This document shows, piece by piece, positions 37,316-47,439 of a DNA stretch of 64,000 nt. The stretch is from Candidatus Dojkabacteria bacterium. GTDB taxonomy: Bacteria; Patescibacteriota; Dojkabacteria; JAHIVN01. The notes under the pieces are model-generated. The model had not been told where the DNA came from. It did not search any database and saw only the letters and a program-made list of their open reading frames with translations. The DNA is taken from contig JAFGDO010000030.1 of NCBI GenBank assembly GCA_016932045.1, forward strand, positions 10,172 through 74,171, read 5' to 3'. The position numbers were made by a program, and so were the translations under genes. The number at the start of each line of letters is the position of its first letter. Position 1 is the stretch's first letter.

Positions 37316-37756
37316 CTATATAACCTCGGCTATCGATTGAGGCTCAAAGCTTAATATGTAAACTTTCCCAGTATCAATTTCCTGAAGAACAGTAGGTCCA
37401 TTTAGCACAGGTAATGTGTAACTCTTCACCATTGTTTCCCCATCACAAGTCTTACCAAGTAAACTATTTGGTACTAGAACTACACCTGCAGTTCCCATAG
37501 CAAAAACCATATCTTCTGAGATTATGGCATTAAATGTATCTCTTGGCACAAACCAGCATCTAGCGCCTTCGGTATCTAATAATAAAACATTGTCACGTTC
37601 AGCTACTTCATATAAAGCCATTACAGATATTGTTCCTTCTCCGTTTCCCGCAAGTGTACATCTTTCTATAGCAAGAGTATACACCCTAAAATCTGTCGTA
37701 TTTGCAACTGTTTCAGCTATTTCTGTCATTGATAATACGTAATATCTTATAGTCAA
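37316..37756 (-). CDS. hypothetical protein, Lys-poor
   Basis: 146 aa complete ORF. No motif recognised. Composition resembles 12973..13335 and the duplicated 110-aa proteins. Confidence 0.4.
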   Translation of the reverse strand: MTIRYYVLSMTEIAETVANTTDFRVYTLAIERCTLAGNGEGTISVMALYEVAERDNVLLLDTEGARCWFVPRDTFNAIISEDMVFAMGTAGVVLVPNSLLGKTCDGETMVKSYTLPVLNGPTVLQEIDTGKVYILSFEPQSIAEVI

Positions 37757-37916
37757 ATTATATCACAGACAAGGCTCTCATATCACATCCGAATCTTCTT
37801 AGAGCTAGTTAAACAATTCATAAATTACTTGATTCTATAAGTATTAATTGAAAAAACAAGCCCCTTTTTAGTATAATACCCCGTGTCATATTTAAATAAC
37901 CGTTATATATATTCAA

Positions 37917-40460
37917 GTGCCACAAGAAATTATTCAGGTCTATAGAACAACCGAATCCGGTAGAGCAAATTTTGCACCTAATGCGGATATTCTAAACGGT
38001 AAAACAATAAGTCTCGGCCAAACCGAACTACAAGCTGGTCGATATTCTGATAACACTATAAGAATGTACATAGATCAGCAGCTACATATTGTGACAACAC
38101 CTCAAGAACTCCAAGAGAGATATAATCTTCGTTTCTTGCCCGAAGAAGTTCAGATGGTCCAAGAATTCCTCCCTAGTCTTTTAAGAGGTCAGCCGCTCAA
38201 GAGTTTAGCAGGCGGTCTAGTCTGGTTTTCGGTTTCGTGTACACTTGTATATGCTGGTATCCAACTTATAAAAGACAATAATATCCAAGTTTCTCGGAGA
38301 ACATTCCTAACTACAGCTGCAATAATCTCTTCACTTTTACTACTTACTGCTTGTGTCACACCCCAAAGTGCAATTCCTACAGACATCACACCGATTCCAG
38401 TAGGAGAATTTACAGATAGTACACAGCCACAACCGACTCCATCAGTTGAAGCTGTCTCAATACCACTATCAGAAGGGATGGATAGTTATTATGCAGATCG
38501 GGATACACCAATAAGTTATGCCATGGGTATAAATGGTTCAACTGAAACAAGACCGCTCCTAGTTACAACTATTGTTGTAAGTGGTATAGAGCAAACTATC
38601 GCAGCATGGCTATCCCACCTTGATAGACAAGCTACTACTTTTCCAGGTAGAATCGGTAGACCTTGGTATACAGCTCCGATTGAAAGGTATCTTAGAGGAA
38701 ATCCCTATGGGCTTGAACTAGGAAATATCAGGAACTGGGAAATTCTCGCTCAAACGACAACAAATACTGATCCACTAAGACAAATAGCCGTTGATATAGC
38801 GAATGGAGCTTTAACTAGAGGCGATTTAGTCGTAACAAATGTATATGAAGTTTTTCAAATAGATCCACATAGAACAAATATCCCTAGAATGGTTATCCGA
38901 GTTGCAAGACCTGATAGTACACAGGCTTGGTTTTTAAAAATACAACCTGATTCAATAGCCATACCAGAATTTACAGGGATCACCCAGATAACCCAGAATC
39001 TCCAAGGAGTTCAGGTTGTTGGAGGACAACAAGTCGTAGTAAATGCTCCAGAATCCGTACTTTTAAGACCTGCCGGAGCCCAAAGAATAACTCTATCTGT
39101 TTCAACAGAAGCAGCTGGTACCAGCCTAGTTGATGCTTTGCAAACAGGGACTATAACACAGCAGCAAGCCGAAGCTATTTACGTCACTTTGAATCGGGGA
39201 AACCTTGCAACTTATGTCCAAACATACCGTGATGGTATGGGACAGAGAGTAGTCGACCTTGCCCCAAGAAACATTGTCATAAATATACATCCTGATGGCC
39301 TGATTGAAGCAAATGTAATTGATGCTGAAGTGCAATGGATGGTCGGAAGAGTAATCCAGCTTCCAGACGGAAGTATAATAGTGTCAAACAAGGTAGCCCG
39401 AGTTATGGAAACAGAACTGCAAACTCACTTAGGAGCAGTTAATCACTTTTCTACGGGGGGAAGTGCCGAAGGTTCTACTCCTGAAGTCCTACTACCTTCT
39501 GATATGGCAGATGGAGTTACACCAACTCATGAAAGAGTCTCTCCAGGACAGGCAACAACGCATCAAGTAACCATAAACGTGGTTGATGCAGATGGTAACG
39601 TAGAGACCGTAATAACCGCAGTTGCAAACGATACTGGAGCTGATGCAGATGTTCCTCTCAACATAACCGTTCCAAGAACAGACCGATTAACTCAGGTACT
39701 CCACGGAGTAAACATTGCATTATCTATACTAGCCGGTATTGCACTAGGAGTCGAGATATCACAAGAAATCGGTATAGACGACCAAGTCGGAGTAAAAGAT
39801 TGGGGGGTATCGGGAGGATCACGGAGGCTTGGTGAGACAGGCGAACAGATTGTATGGGACAGAGCAGTCAATCAGGCTCCACCTCAACCATATGCCGAAT
39901 ACACACGTTTCAGAGAGTCATTGATACAATTTTCCATCGATGGTCCATCCGTTCGGCAAGAATTAAATATACATAATGCAGTTGTGAGCTTAAGAGGCAA
40001 TTTAAATTTAATGACCGGCACTCCTTCGATGGAATTAACTCTTGAAGTCCCAAATGCAAACCCTATACATACCCCACTCAGACTCGATTTAGTGGGACAA
40101 GATGTCATAGCATTCGGCGAGGGAGTAGAACTAACACTTGAGGGAGATACATTTACAGCACAAAGAACAATTATTGATGTCAATCTAACACATGTTACTG
40201 CACTTGAACAATACGATTTAAATGCACTTGATACAGTTACAACCGTTGGAGATTTAAATGCTTTGCTTGCAAGACTTGCACAAAACAACCAAATAGTCGC
40301 GCTAGTTCCTTTTGATTTTGATGCAAACTCTCAAGGGATCCTACTCGTTTCAAAAGTACAACTTCAACCATCGTCTGGAAATCCTCATGAAGTACTCAAC
40401 GCACAAATACTTACTCTAAACCGGGAAAACCAACTAATACCGATAACGATAAGAAGATAA
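37917..40460 (+). CDS. large hypothetical exported protein; internal Tat-like SRRTFL motif followed by lipobox-like LLLLTAC; Lys-poor, higher GC than neighbours
   Basis: 847 aa. Two hydrophobic segments at about aa 95-120 and 125-145, and a third at about aa 590. No catalytic motif recognised. Confidence 0.5.
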   Translation: MPQEIIQVYRTTESGRANFAPNADILNGKTISLGQTELQAGRYSDNTIRMYIDQQLHIVTTPQELQERYNLRFLPEEVQMVQEFLPSLLRGQPLKSLAGGLVWFSVSCTLVYAGIQLIKDNNIQVSRRTFLTTAAIISSLLLLTACVTPQSAIPTDITPIPVGEFTDSTQPQPTPSVEAVSIPLSEGMDSYYADRDTPISYAMGINGSTETRPLLVTTIVVSGIEQTIAAWLSHLDRQATTFPGRIGRPWYTAPIERYLRGNPYGLELGNIRNWEILAQTTTNTDPLRQIAVDIANGALTRGDLVVTNVYEVFQIDPHRTNIPRMVIRVARPDSTQAWFLKIQPDSIAIPEFTGITQITQNLQGVQVVGGQQVVVNAPESVLLRPAGAQRITLSVSTEAAGTSLVDALQTGTITQQQAEAIYVTLNRGNLATYVQTYRDGMGQRVVDLAPRNIVINIHPDGLIEANVIDAEVQWMVGRVIQLPDGSIIVSNKVARVMETELQTHLGAVNHFSTGGSAEGSTPEVLLPSDMADGVTPTHERVSPGQATTHQVTINVVDADGNVETVITAVANDTGADADVPLNITVPRTDRLTQVLHGVNIALSILAGIALGVEISQEIGIDDQVGVKDWGVSGGSRRLGETGEQIVWDRAVNQAPPQPYAEYTRFRESLIQFSIDGPSVRQELNIHNAVVSLRGNLNLMTGTPSMELTLEVPNANPIHTPLRLDLVGQDVIAFGEGVELTLEGDTFTAQRTIIDVNLTHVTALEQYDLNALDTVTTVGDLNALLARLAQNNQIVALVPFDFDANSQGILLVSKVQLQPSSGNPHEVLNAQILTLNRENQLIPITIRR

Positions 40461-40474
40461 ATAGGATCTTTCCC

Positions 40475-40672
40475 TCACTCCACCTCCTCAGACTTACTAC
40501 CACCCCGTTGGGATGTCTCTCTTAACCATCTTACACTTTCCTCTATATCACTTTCTGTTGGAGATTGATCTTTTACCCAATTACGTGCTATTTGTTCTGC
40601 CTCTGGGATAGTATATCCCAGATCAAGATCTAATATTCTCTGAACAGCATTCCTAAATTCCTCTTCTCCCAT
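40475..40672 (-). CDS. hypothetical small acidic protein (last gene of the LemA-DUF2207 string)
   Basis: 65 aa, co-directional, 18-nt spacing from the DUF2207 stop. Confidence 0.3.
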   Translation of the reverse strand: MGEEEFRNAVQRILDLDLGYTIPEAEQIARNWVKDQSPTESDIEESVRWLRETSQRGGSKSEEVE

Positions 40673-40690
40673 AGAATTAAAAAACTTAAT

Positions 40691-42709
40691 TTACGACATT
40701 CCACCACCACCACCACCACCTCCTCCTCCTGAAAATCCACCAGAGAAACCACCGCCTCCACTCCATCCTCCACCACTAAAGCCGCTTCCCGAGCTTCTTG
40801 GAGATGATGCCATCACACTACTTACATTTCTGTTCATTGAGGAAATCGAATTTACAAAGTGTATAGTATTAAATGTGGTCCAGGGATCACGTCCCTCATA
40901 CCAACTAGGCGGCTGTGTGTATATATCCTTGAAATTTTCAGCCCACTGTTTTTCAACCCCAAAAACCATGGCATACGGCAGGAATCTCTCAAAAGTTTCC
41001 GGCGTTAACTTCTGCATCCTAAATCTTTCCGCCGTATGTAGAAACATTCTAAATCCTTGACACTTCTCGTAAATGTCTGTACCAACGGCAGTTTTAGCCG
41101 GCATAAAGAAAGAGAATATTATCTTTACGATACCTGCAACAAAAAGTGATGGGCCACAGGCGAAAATCATCACGAACGCCAATCCAATTGATAAGCCTAT
41201 TCCAAGTATCAATAGAACTATACCAATACCAAGATGCTTTGCTCTTACCTTGTCTGGACGTTTAGCAAAATACCCCCGCTTTTCCATCTCAGCATAAACT
41301 TCATTATTTATTCCTGGAATCTTTAGGTAAAACTTATTCTGTAGTTCTGTTGTAGTAACTGAATCCTTAACTCCAAAAATATCCTGTAGGATTTTAAGCT
41401 CAACTGAATCTAACACCGTATAGTCAATTCTTCTACCCGCAATCGGCTCTTGTGCATGGAACTCTTTGAGCTTTATAAGTTCGTACTTCTTCTTACCTGT
41501 CTCTTTTATCTTGATAAACCCACGGACTGCTGCATTTATAATAGTAGAAGTAATATCTTTCAGGTGAACTTTTTCGTCTTTTATAGACCCAACCATCACA
41601 GGAGAAATGCCGGCTGGTGGTTTAAACCATGGAACTATTGTCTTGCGCCCGCCAATATCTTTCCCCTTTCTCATATAGTTCATGACAATGAGTACGATTA
41701 TCCCAAGCCCCCCAAAGCAAGATAAAACATTACCCAGGACAATGACCACATATATCATTATTTGAAGTGTAGTCATCTCAAGATGAACTTTTAAATCTTT
41801 CTCTTCCCCTGGATCTAGAGTTAATGTAAATTCCTGAGGTTTGTATCCTGATGCTACGAATTCTAGCTTATGAGTTCCGGGAGGAATTCCTGCAAAACTC
41901 TCTTTAACATTTAGAATTTCGATTCCATCAACTGTCATATTCTGCTGTTTAGGTGAAAGGTCAAGATTCAAAGTCGCATATTCTTCAATGATACCCTTTG
42001 GAAATTTAAGCAGCACAGTAAAATCCTCATAAGCGAGTAAATTTTCAGCAGTTAATGAAAGCTCATGTCTGTATCCGTCATAGTCAGAGTTATAAGTGTA
42101 TTCTCCTATACCTGCAAAAACCCTTAAGTTGCTGTCTTTATAATCAATATCATCCGGGAAAGTAATATCAAATGAAGCACTTTCAATTATATATTCTCTG
42201 TCAGGATAAAAAACATCCCAATAAAACATGTCGTAATCTTCGAAATATCCAAGTCCGCCATAAACCTTATATTCAACTGTCCAAGTAAAAAGATCATTAT
42301 TAAATTTACGACCTTCTGGTGCATACTCCCATTCAATCTTCAATCTATCTTCCACAGAATAAGATACTTCTTGTAATGTGTATTCATTTTCATCCAACTT
42401 GCGGCCCTTGCTATCGTAAACTCCAGTCACGGTAATATATGAAAATCCTCCACACTGCAGAGCCGGATTAGCATGGCACTTCTCAACTGCATCTTTATCT
42501 TCGAGGGTAATCTCCCTATAAATTCTATGGAATTCCCCTGTGGCCCGATACGAGATAGTCTCTGAAACATCAAATGTCGAGTCGGCATTTACAACTACTG
42601 AAACATCATAATTCTCAATATACAATGTGCCGTCAGCTTCAACCTTTCTTGCTGGAAAAGTTATCAGAAGAAATAAGAATGTAAGGGGTACAAGAAGTAA
42701 CTTCTTCAT
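40691..42709 (-). CDS. DUF2207 family membrane protein with Gly-rich C-terminal tail
   Basis: 672 aa. Signal peptide, large extracellular domain, TM segments, C-terminal SGSGFSGGGWSGGGGFSGGFSGGGGGGGGGG. Classic partner of LemA. Confidence 0.7.
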   Translation of the reverse strand: MKKLLLVPLTFLFLLITFPARKVEADGTLYIENYDVSVVVNADSTFDVSETISYRATGEFHRIYREITLEDKDAVEKCHANPALQCGGFSYITVTGVYDSKGRKLDENEYTLQEVSYSVEDRLKIEWEYAPEGRKFNNDLFTWTVEYKVYGGLGYFEDYDMFYWDVFYPDREYIIESASFDITFPDDIDYKDSNLRVFAGIGEYTYNSDYDGYRHELSLTAENLLAYEDFTVLLKFPKGIIEEYATLNLDLSPKQQNMTVDGIEILNVKESFAGIPPGTHKLEFVASGYKPQEFTLTLDPGEEKDLKVHLEMTTLQIMIYVVIVLGNVLSCFGGLGIIVLIVMNYMRKGKDIGGRKTIVPWFKPPAGISPVMVGSIKDEKVHLKDITSTIINAAVRGFIKIKETGKKKYELIKLKEFHAQEPIAGRRIDYTVLDSVELKILQDIFGVKDSVTTTELQNKFYLKIPGINNEVYAEMEKRGYFAKRPDKVRAKHLGIGIVLLILGIGLSIGLAFVMIFACGPSLFVAGIVKIIFSFFMPAKTAVGTDIYEKCQGFRMFLHTAERFRMQKLTPETFERFLPYAMVFGVEKQWAENFKDIYTQPPSWYEGRDPWTTFNTIHFVNSISSMNRNVSSVMASSPRSSGSGFSGGGWSGGGGFSGGFSGGGGGGGGGGMS

Positions 42710-42782
42710 AAATCTTTTTATTCAAAGGCAAATAAGAAAAGGTTTATTCAAGCCAGTATCTGTTTCTTTCTGTTCAGCAGTT

Positions 42783-43406
42783 TTACTCCTTAGATTTTTC
42801 CGCACTCTCCGAAGAATCCTCATCAGAAAAATCAACTTTTACAGCCTTCTTTTCTTCTTCGGTTGCCTCGAAAAACTCTCTTGCTTTAAATCCTAAAAGA
42901 CCAGCAATTAAATTCGTAGGAAATACCTGCAGCTTCATATTAAAGTCACGAACAGCACCATTATAGTATCTTCGTGCTCCCTGCACTTCTTCCTCAATAC
43001 TTGAGAGTTCATCCTGCAGTTTCATAAAGTTCTCATTTGCTTTAAGTTCAGGATAATTCTCAGCAACAGCAAAAACAGTTTTAAGTGTATTTGCTAGTTC
43101 GGCATCAGCTTTACCAATCTCTTCTGGCCCTTTTGCACTCATTGCTGCAGTCCTTAGTTCGGTTACTTTTTCGAATAGTTTCTTCTCATGCTTTGCATAA
43201 CCTTTAACAGTCTCCACCAAGTTCGGGATAAGGTCATACCTTCTTTTTAGTTGAACGTCAATTCCGCTCCACGCCTCCTCTACAAGGACACGAAGTTTAA
43301 CAAGTCCATTGTAGACAGAAATGAGATATCCGATTACTACTACAAGAAGTACAAGAGGACAGCAAAGAAGTAGCAATGCAACTCCCGATAAACCAAATAG
43401 TTCCAT
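42783..43406 (-). CDS. lemA: LemA family protein
   Basis: 207 aa. N-terminal TM, then VKLRVLVEEAWSGIDVQLKRRYDLIPNLVETVKGYAKHEKKLFEKVTELR, which is highly typical of LemA. Confidence 0.85.
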   Translation of the reverse strand: MELFGLSGVALLLLCCPLVLLVVVIGYLISVYNGLVKLRVLVEEAWSGIDVQLKRRYDLIPNLVETVKGYAKHEKKLFEKVTELRTAAMSAKGPEEIGKADAELANTLKTVFAVAENYPELKANENFMKLQDELSSIEEEVQGARRYYNGAVRDFNMKLQVFPTNLIAGLLGFKAREFFEATEEEKKAVKVDFSDEDSSESAEKSKE

Positions 43407-43540
43407 CTGTTTTTAAATTAAAAAGTAAAATTACTGCTAAGACACTATATCTTTTCTGGTAAGGAATTGTCAAATTTGTAAGCACGAATAGGCCTACGCC
43501 AACTAAGTCCTTCGTACTTCGTATTTAGAAAATATGTAAA

Positions 43541-43624
43541 TGCCGGGGAAGGGATTTGAACCCTTACCTCCTTGCGAAGACTACGTTCTGAACGTAGCGC
43601 GTCTACCAGTTCCGCCACCCCGGC
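43541..43624 (-). tRNA. tRNA-Leu (anticodon CAG), long variable arm
   Basis: GCCGGGG-TG-GCG-G-AACTGGTAGA-CGC...CTACG-TTCAGAA-CGTAG-(15-nt variable arm)-AAGGG-TTCAAAT-CCCTT-CCCCGGC-A. Bacterial-type D-loop. Confidence 0.85.
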
Positions 43625-43892
43625 ACGTAGAAGGGTCTACCAATTCCAGCATTCTGGCATTGAGGCAAGCAGGTCTACCAGCTTGTCAGACAAAGTCTGA
43701 TTCTGCCACTGGCTGGTCTTAGAAACCAATTATACACTAACTGCTTTCATATTTAATACTCTGAATTGGAATAGTTGTTAAATCAGAAGCTTAAGTTTCG
43801 TACTTTAAGTTTACGATTTGCTTGAAATTTCGAATTTAGAATTTAGGATTTATTTAGAGTTTAAAGTTTAGAATTTATAATTTCCGGTTTAT

Positions 43893-45716
43893 CTACTCTA
43901 TATACCATTCCGTCACAGATAGATATCTGTCCTCAGGAACAGACATTTGTGAAAGATCAATGCCCTTTACTCTTGCATGTACAACGTAAGTAAATACAGG
44001 GTGGTATAGAAATACAACAGGACAATCATCAAGCAGCATTTCCTGGAACTTTTGGTACCCAATAGAAAGACCTCCAGCACCATTGCGTTTCTTTTGATCA
44101 AGACTACTACGTCCGTTTTCCAACGCAGCATCGACAAGACTTACCCTTTCAAGTTCCTTGGCTTCACCGATAACAGCTCCCTTCTTCTCTGAAACATAGG
44201 ACGAAATATTTAACCCTGGATAGTTAATTGCTTCGCTATGCCACAACCTGATCCTATCCGGATCAATTGGAGTCTCAACACCATAAAGCACAGCTTCGAA
44301 GTTTCTCGTAGCGACAAGCGCCTCATTCAGATCACTACTGCTTCGAGGATCTAAGTTTACTATAATTCCAAGTTTTTCAAGATCGCTCTTAATTGATTCG
44401 GTGATCAACTGTCTTTCGTTTTTTTCAAGATAGGAAAGTTCAAAACGTAAGACTTCGTCACCTTTTATCCTTACTGTCTTTCCCCCAATCTCCTTCTGCT
44501 CCCACCCGGCGTTTTCAAGAAGTTCTTTGGCTTTTGTTGGATCATAAAGGTATCTCTGAGCATCCTCGTTGTAAGCCCATGAATTCTTCTGTATAGGTCC
44601 GAGTGCTTCCTCTCCTGCAGTCTCTACCTGCTCTATGATAAGGTCTCGATTGATAGTAGAAGATATAGCCTGTCTGACAGCTTTATCCTTGAATATAGAA
44701 GGGCCGCCTTCTTTCAGATTAAAATAGATTGCCCAATACCTCCTGTAAAGAGTTGTACTTTTTACTTTTGTCATATTCGGCCAGTAAGCAAGATCAGACA
44801 GAATCGCAGTAGAAGGATCTGTCAAGATGTGAATTCTCCCATTCTTCAAAGCATCAACAGCTTCATCTCCTGTTTTAAACATTCTTATATGAATCTCACT
44901 AATCTTTGGCAGACTTTCAAAATAGTGCTCATTTGAAGCAAGAACAATTGTAAAATCCTTCCATGATTTAAAGATAAACGGACCCGTCCCGATCGGCTTC
45001 AAATTAAATCTTGCCCAGCTAAATGTGGATAGACTAACATTCTCGAGTATATGTTTGGGCAAGATTCCAAACTCAATGTCTTCAAAAAATGTAGGAACAA
45101 TCTCTTCAAGTCTAAAGATAATAGTGTAATTATCCGCCTTTATAACCTCCATCTTCTGAGCAAGTTCGGCTTCTTTACTTACTATGCTTTTTTCCTCCCC
45201 ACCTCCTAACGCCCTCAATGCTTCAAATGTTGCCAAAACATCATCAGCTGTAAACTTCTCACCGTCATGCCAGTAAACATCATCCCTCAAGTAAAACTTA
45301 TACTCCTTCCCACCTTCTTCAACACTCTCCCACGAACGTGCTAGTACTCCCTGGACTTCACCACTTGGGTTAACTCTTACTAAAGGAAGATAAATAAGTC
45401 TTGCAAGATCAACCTCGAGTTGATTATTAGTAGGAATTATTGGATTGATTCGCGAAAGGGTGCTGTCCCCGATAATGACCCCTTCTACCAAAATATCATT
45501 TTGCCACCTTACAAATCCCAAAGATTTCGAATTGCCTAGTGTCACAACTGTGACAAAAAAAATAACAAAAATCAGTATGTGGCTGACTGGCCTCAGCTTT
45601 TTGTAGAGTACAAATAAGTTATAAATGAAACCGCTTTTACCAAATATGCTCTCTGGATAGTTCCAAAAAAAAATTCTAATTTTTGATACTAGACTCTCCT
45701 TTTGGGGAATAATCAT
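43893..45716 (-). CDS. ABC transporter substrate-binding protein, family 5 (peptide/nickel type), membrane-anchored
   Basis: 607 aa. N-terminal TM. Overall SBP_bac_5 pattern (…YHPVFTYVVHARVKGI…). Confidence 0.65.
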   Translation of the reverse strand: MIIPQKESLVSKIRIFFWNYPESIFGKSGFIYNLFVLYKKLRPVSHILIFVIFFVTVVTLGNSKSLGFVRWQNDILVEGVIIGDSTLSRINPIIPTNNQLEVDLARLIYLPLVRVNPSGEVQGVLARSWESVEEGGKEYKFYLRDDVYWHDGEKFTADDVLATFEALRALGGGEEKSIVSKEAELAQKMEVIKADNYTIIFRLEEIVPTFFEDIEFGILPKHILENVSLSTFSWARFNLKPIGTGPFIFKSWKDFTIVLASNEHYFESLPKISEIHIRMFKTGDEAVDALKNGRIHILTDPSTAILSDLAYWPNMTKVKSTTLYRRYWAIYFNLKEGGPSIFKDKAVRQAISSTINRDLIIEQVETAGEEALGPIQKNSWAYNEDAQRYLYDPTKAKELLENAGWEQKEIGGKTVRIKGDEVLRFELSYLEKNERQLITESIKSDLEKLGIIVNLDPRSSSDLNEALVATRNFEAVLYGVETPIDPDRIRLWHSEAINYPGLNISSYVSEKKGAVIGEAKELERVSLVDAALENGRSSLDQKKRNGAGGLSIGYQKFQEMLLDDCPVVFLYHPVFTYVVHARVKGIDLSQMSVPEDRYLSVTEWYIE

Positions 45717-45730
45717 TCTTTATAGTAAAC

Positions 45731-45970
45731 TTAAGCATAAAGATAAGCTAATGCTATACAGTTTGAAACAAAAAGAATAGAAAGAATAATTGTAGCTCTG
45801 TACAAAAACTGTTCAATACCCCTCTTTGATCTGTAGAATTCACCCCCAACACTCCCAAAAATACTGCCTAAACCAGCACCTCTAACCTGGAGAAGTATTG
45901 AGATAATAAGAAGAACACTTAAAGTTATCTGTATAATCAGCAATATCGTCTTTATTTCCATTAAAAGCAA
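45731..45970 (-). CDS. secG: preprotein translocase subunit SecG
   Basis: LLQ..GAGLGS.FG......RG.E..L...T pattern with two TM helices. Likely start at Met 45961. Confidence 0.7.
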   Translation of the reverse strand: MLLMEIKTILLIIQITLSVLLIISILLQVRGAGLGSIFGSVGGEFYRSKRGIEQFLYRATIILSILFVSNCIALAYLYA

Positions 45971-46112
45971 AGCATAACATGTAAATTAAGTTACAACCAC
46001 TTTTCTATTTTATAACTAACTAACTGAATTGTATCGTGTATACAATGAGCTTGTCGAATTGAAGAATTTCAATCCTGAAAAAAGTTGAAGGATTGAAATT
46101 CCCGAACGGAAA

Positions 46113-46529
46113 TTAATCACGACCCGAATTCTTTTCAAGCCACATCAGTGCAGAAGACAAAATTCCTGCAGTGAGTCCTCCGACAAGAACATTTCCAATC
46201 ATATTTAAGTTGACTGTCGGTACAGTAAAATATCTGTTTGATAATCCTACTAACTCGCCGTCTTTGAAATCGATAAACGGGATACCAATATTCAAAATAA
46301 AAAAAATCATGATAGATAACATAATCGAAACAAAGAACAAAGTAATGAATTTGACCGGCAAAGTAAAAAATTTAATTAAAGGCTCAACCGCAAGCATAAC
46401 AAGTCCAAATATTCCTCCACAGATGACAAATCCTAAAACGCCCTCATTTATCTCTATACCAGAGAACATATCCGAAACAACCCAGAAGAGCAGCAAATTT
46501 ATTATTATAGTAAGCACCTTCTTTTTCAT
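46113..46529 (-). CDS. 4-TM membrane protein of the Phage_holin_4_2 / DUF360 family
   Basis: 138 aa. Hydrophobic layout and LWVVSDMF...G..V.GG....V.L pattern. Confidence 0.45.
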   Translation of the reverse strand: MKKKVLTIIINLLLFWVVSDMFSGIEINEGVLGFVICGGIFGLVMLAVEPLIKFFTLPVKFITLFFVSIMLSIMIFFILNIGIPFIDFKDGELVGLSNRYFTVPTVNLNMIGNVLVGGLTAGILSSALMWLEKNSGRD

Positions 46530-46674
46530 CTTGCTTGGTCTCTAAAACTAATTATAATTCGATTTGAATTATAACATCAAACATGAGAAGAATGAAATCT
46601 ATTGCGAAGCATGGACACAATCTTTACAAATCCCTCTGAAAATGTAATCATTACAATACTATTAGAGTACCCTA

Positions 46675-47352
46675 ATGTCGAAACTAGTCCCTGAAGTAGT
46701 AGCACAATCTGAACCCACTTTCCCTTATGAGGGGCCCTGGGAACAACCCGGTCCTGAACCGACACCGCCTGGTGAGGCTATAGTAAAATTGACATCTGAT
46801 ACATCCTCTCTTCAAATTGATCAGACAGTTACTTGTGATCTAAGAATTGAAAGTGGAAACGAGGAAATTCAGAATTATTCCATAAGCCTCTCATTCAATT
46901 CGTCCATTCTTGAAGTAGTTGATGCCGATACAACTCAGTCCGGAGTCCAGATAAATTTCCTTGATTCTTTCTCAACCCTGAATACAAACACAGCTGATAA
47001 CAGTGCCGGAACAATAACGATAACTGCAAGCATATCGGGAGCTGCACAGACCATAAATCGAAGACTTGCTCAAATAACATTCAAGGCAAAAAGAAGCGGA
47101 ACAAGTATAGTTAGTGTAAACAAAGCTCAAAGTAGTGTTATGAATGATGTCAGTCAAGATGTACTTGGTACTACAACAAGCCTAAACTTTACAGTTACAG
47201 GCCAGACTCAAACAACAGACGAAGATCAGTTGCCTTCTAGTGGCTTATCTGACGTTCTTGCTACCTTCGGAAGCGCTACAGCTGCCTTATTGATGCTTTT
47301 TATCGGCATCAAGGCTTTAGTTGAAAGAAAAAAGGAAAAAGAACCCCTTTAA
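46675..47352 (+). CDS. cohesin-like domain surface protein with C-terminal LPSSG sorting-signal-like motif, TM and basic tail
   Basis: 225 aa. Beta-rich middle domain (ITITASISGAAQTI...ITFKAK). C-terminal QLPSSG plus hydrophobic stretch plus ERKKEKE. Confidence 0.5.
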   Translation: MSKLVPEVVAQSEPTFPYEGPWEQPGPEPTPPGEAIVKLTSDTSSLQIDQTVTCDLRIESGNEEIQNYSISLSFNSSILEVVDADTTQSGVQINFLDSFSTLNTNTADNSAGTITITASISGAAQTINRRLAQITFKAKRSGTSIVSVNKAQSSVMNDVSQDVLGTTTSLNFTVTGQTQTTDEDQLPSSGLSDVLATFGSATAALLMLFIGIKALVERKKEKEPL

Positions 47353-47439
47353 CCTACCTATTACCTTATGCTTGTTGCTTTCCCCCTTATGCTTTCTCCC
47401 TTCAATATCGTATAATTCAATAAATTTAAACGAATAAAT

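Noticed and set aside
43540-43722. 60-aa plus-strand ORF overlapping tRNA-Leu
   Set aside because: It is antisense to the tRNA.
43800-43890. AT-rich AATTTAGAATTT microsatellite-like runs (also 54121..54270 and 11541..11575) as independent elements
   Set aside because: They are low-complexity 3-prime-flank DNA, partly belonging to the AT module of the composite element. They are too degenerate to call as discrete repeats on their own.
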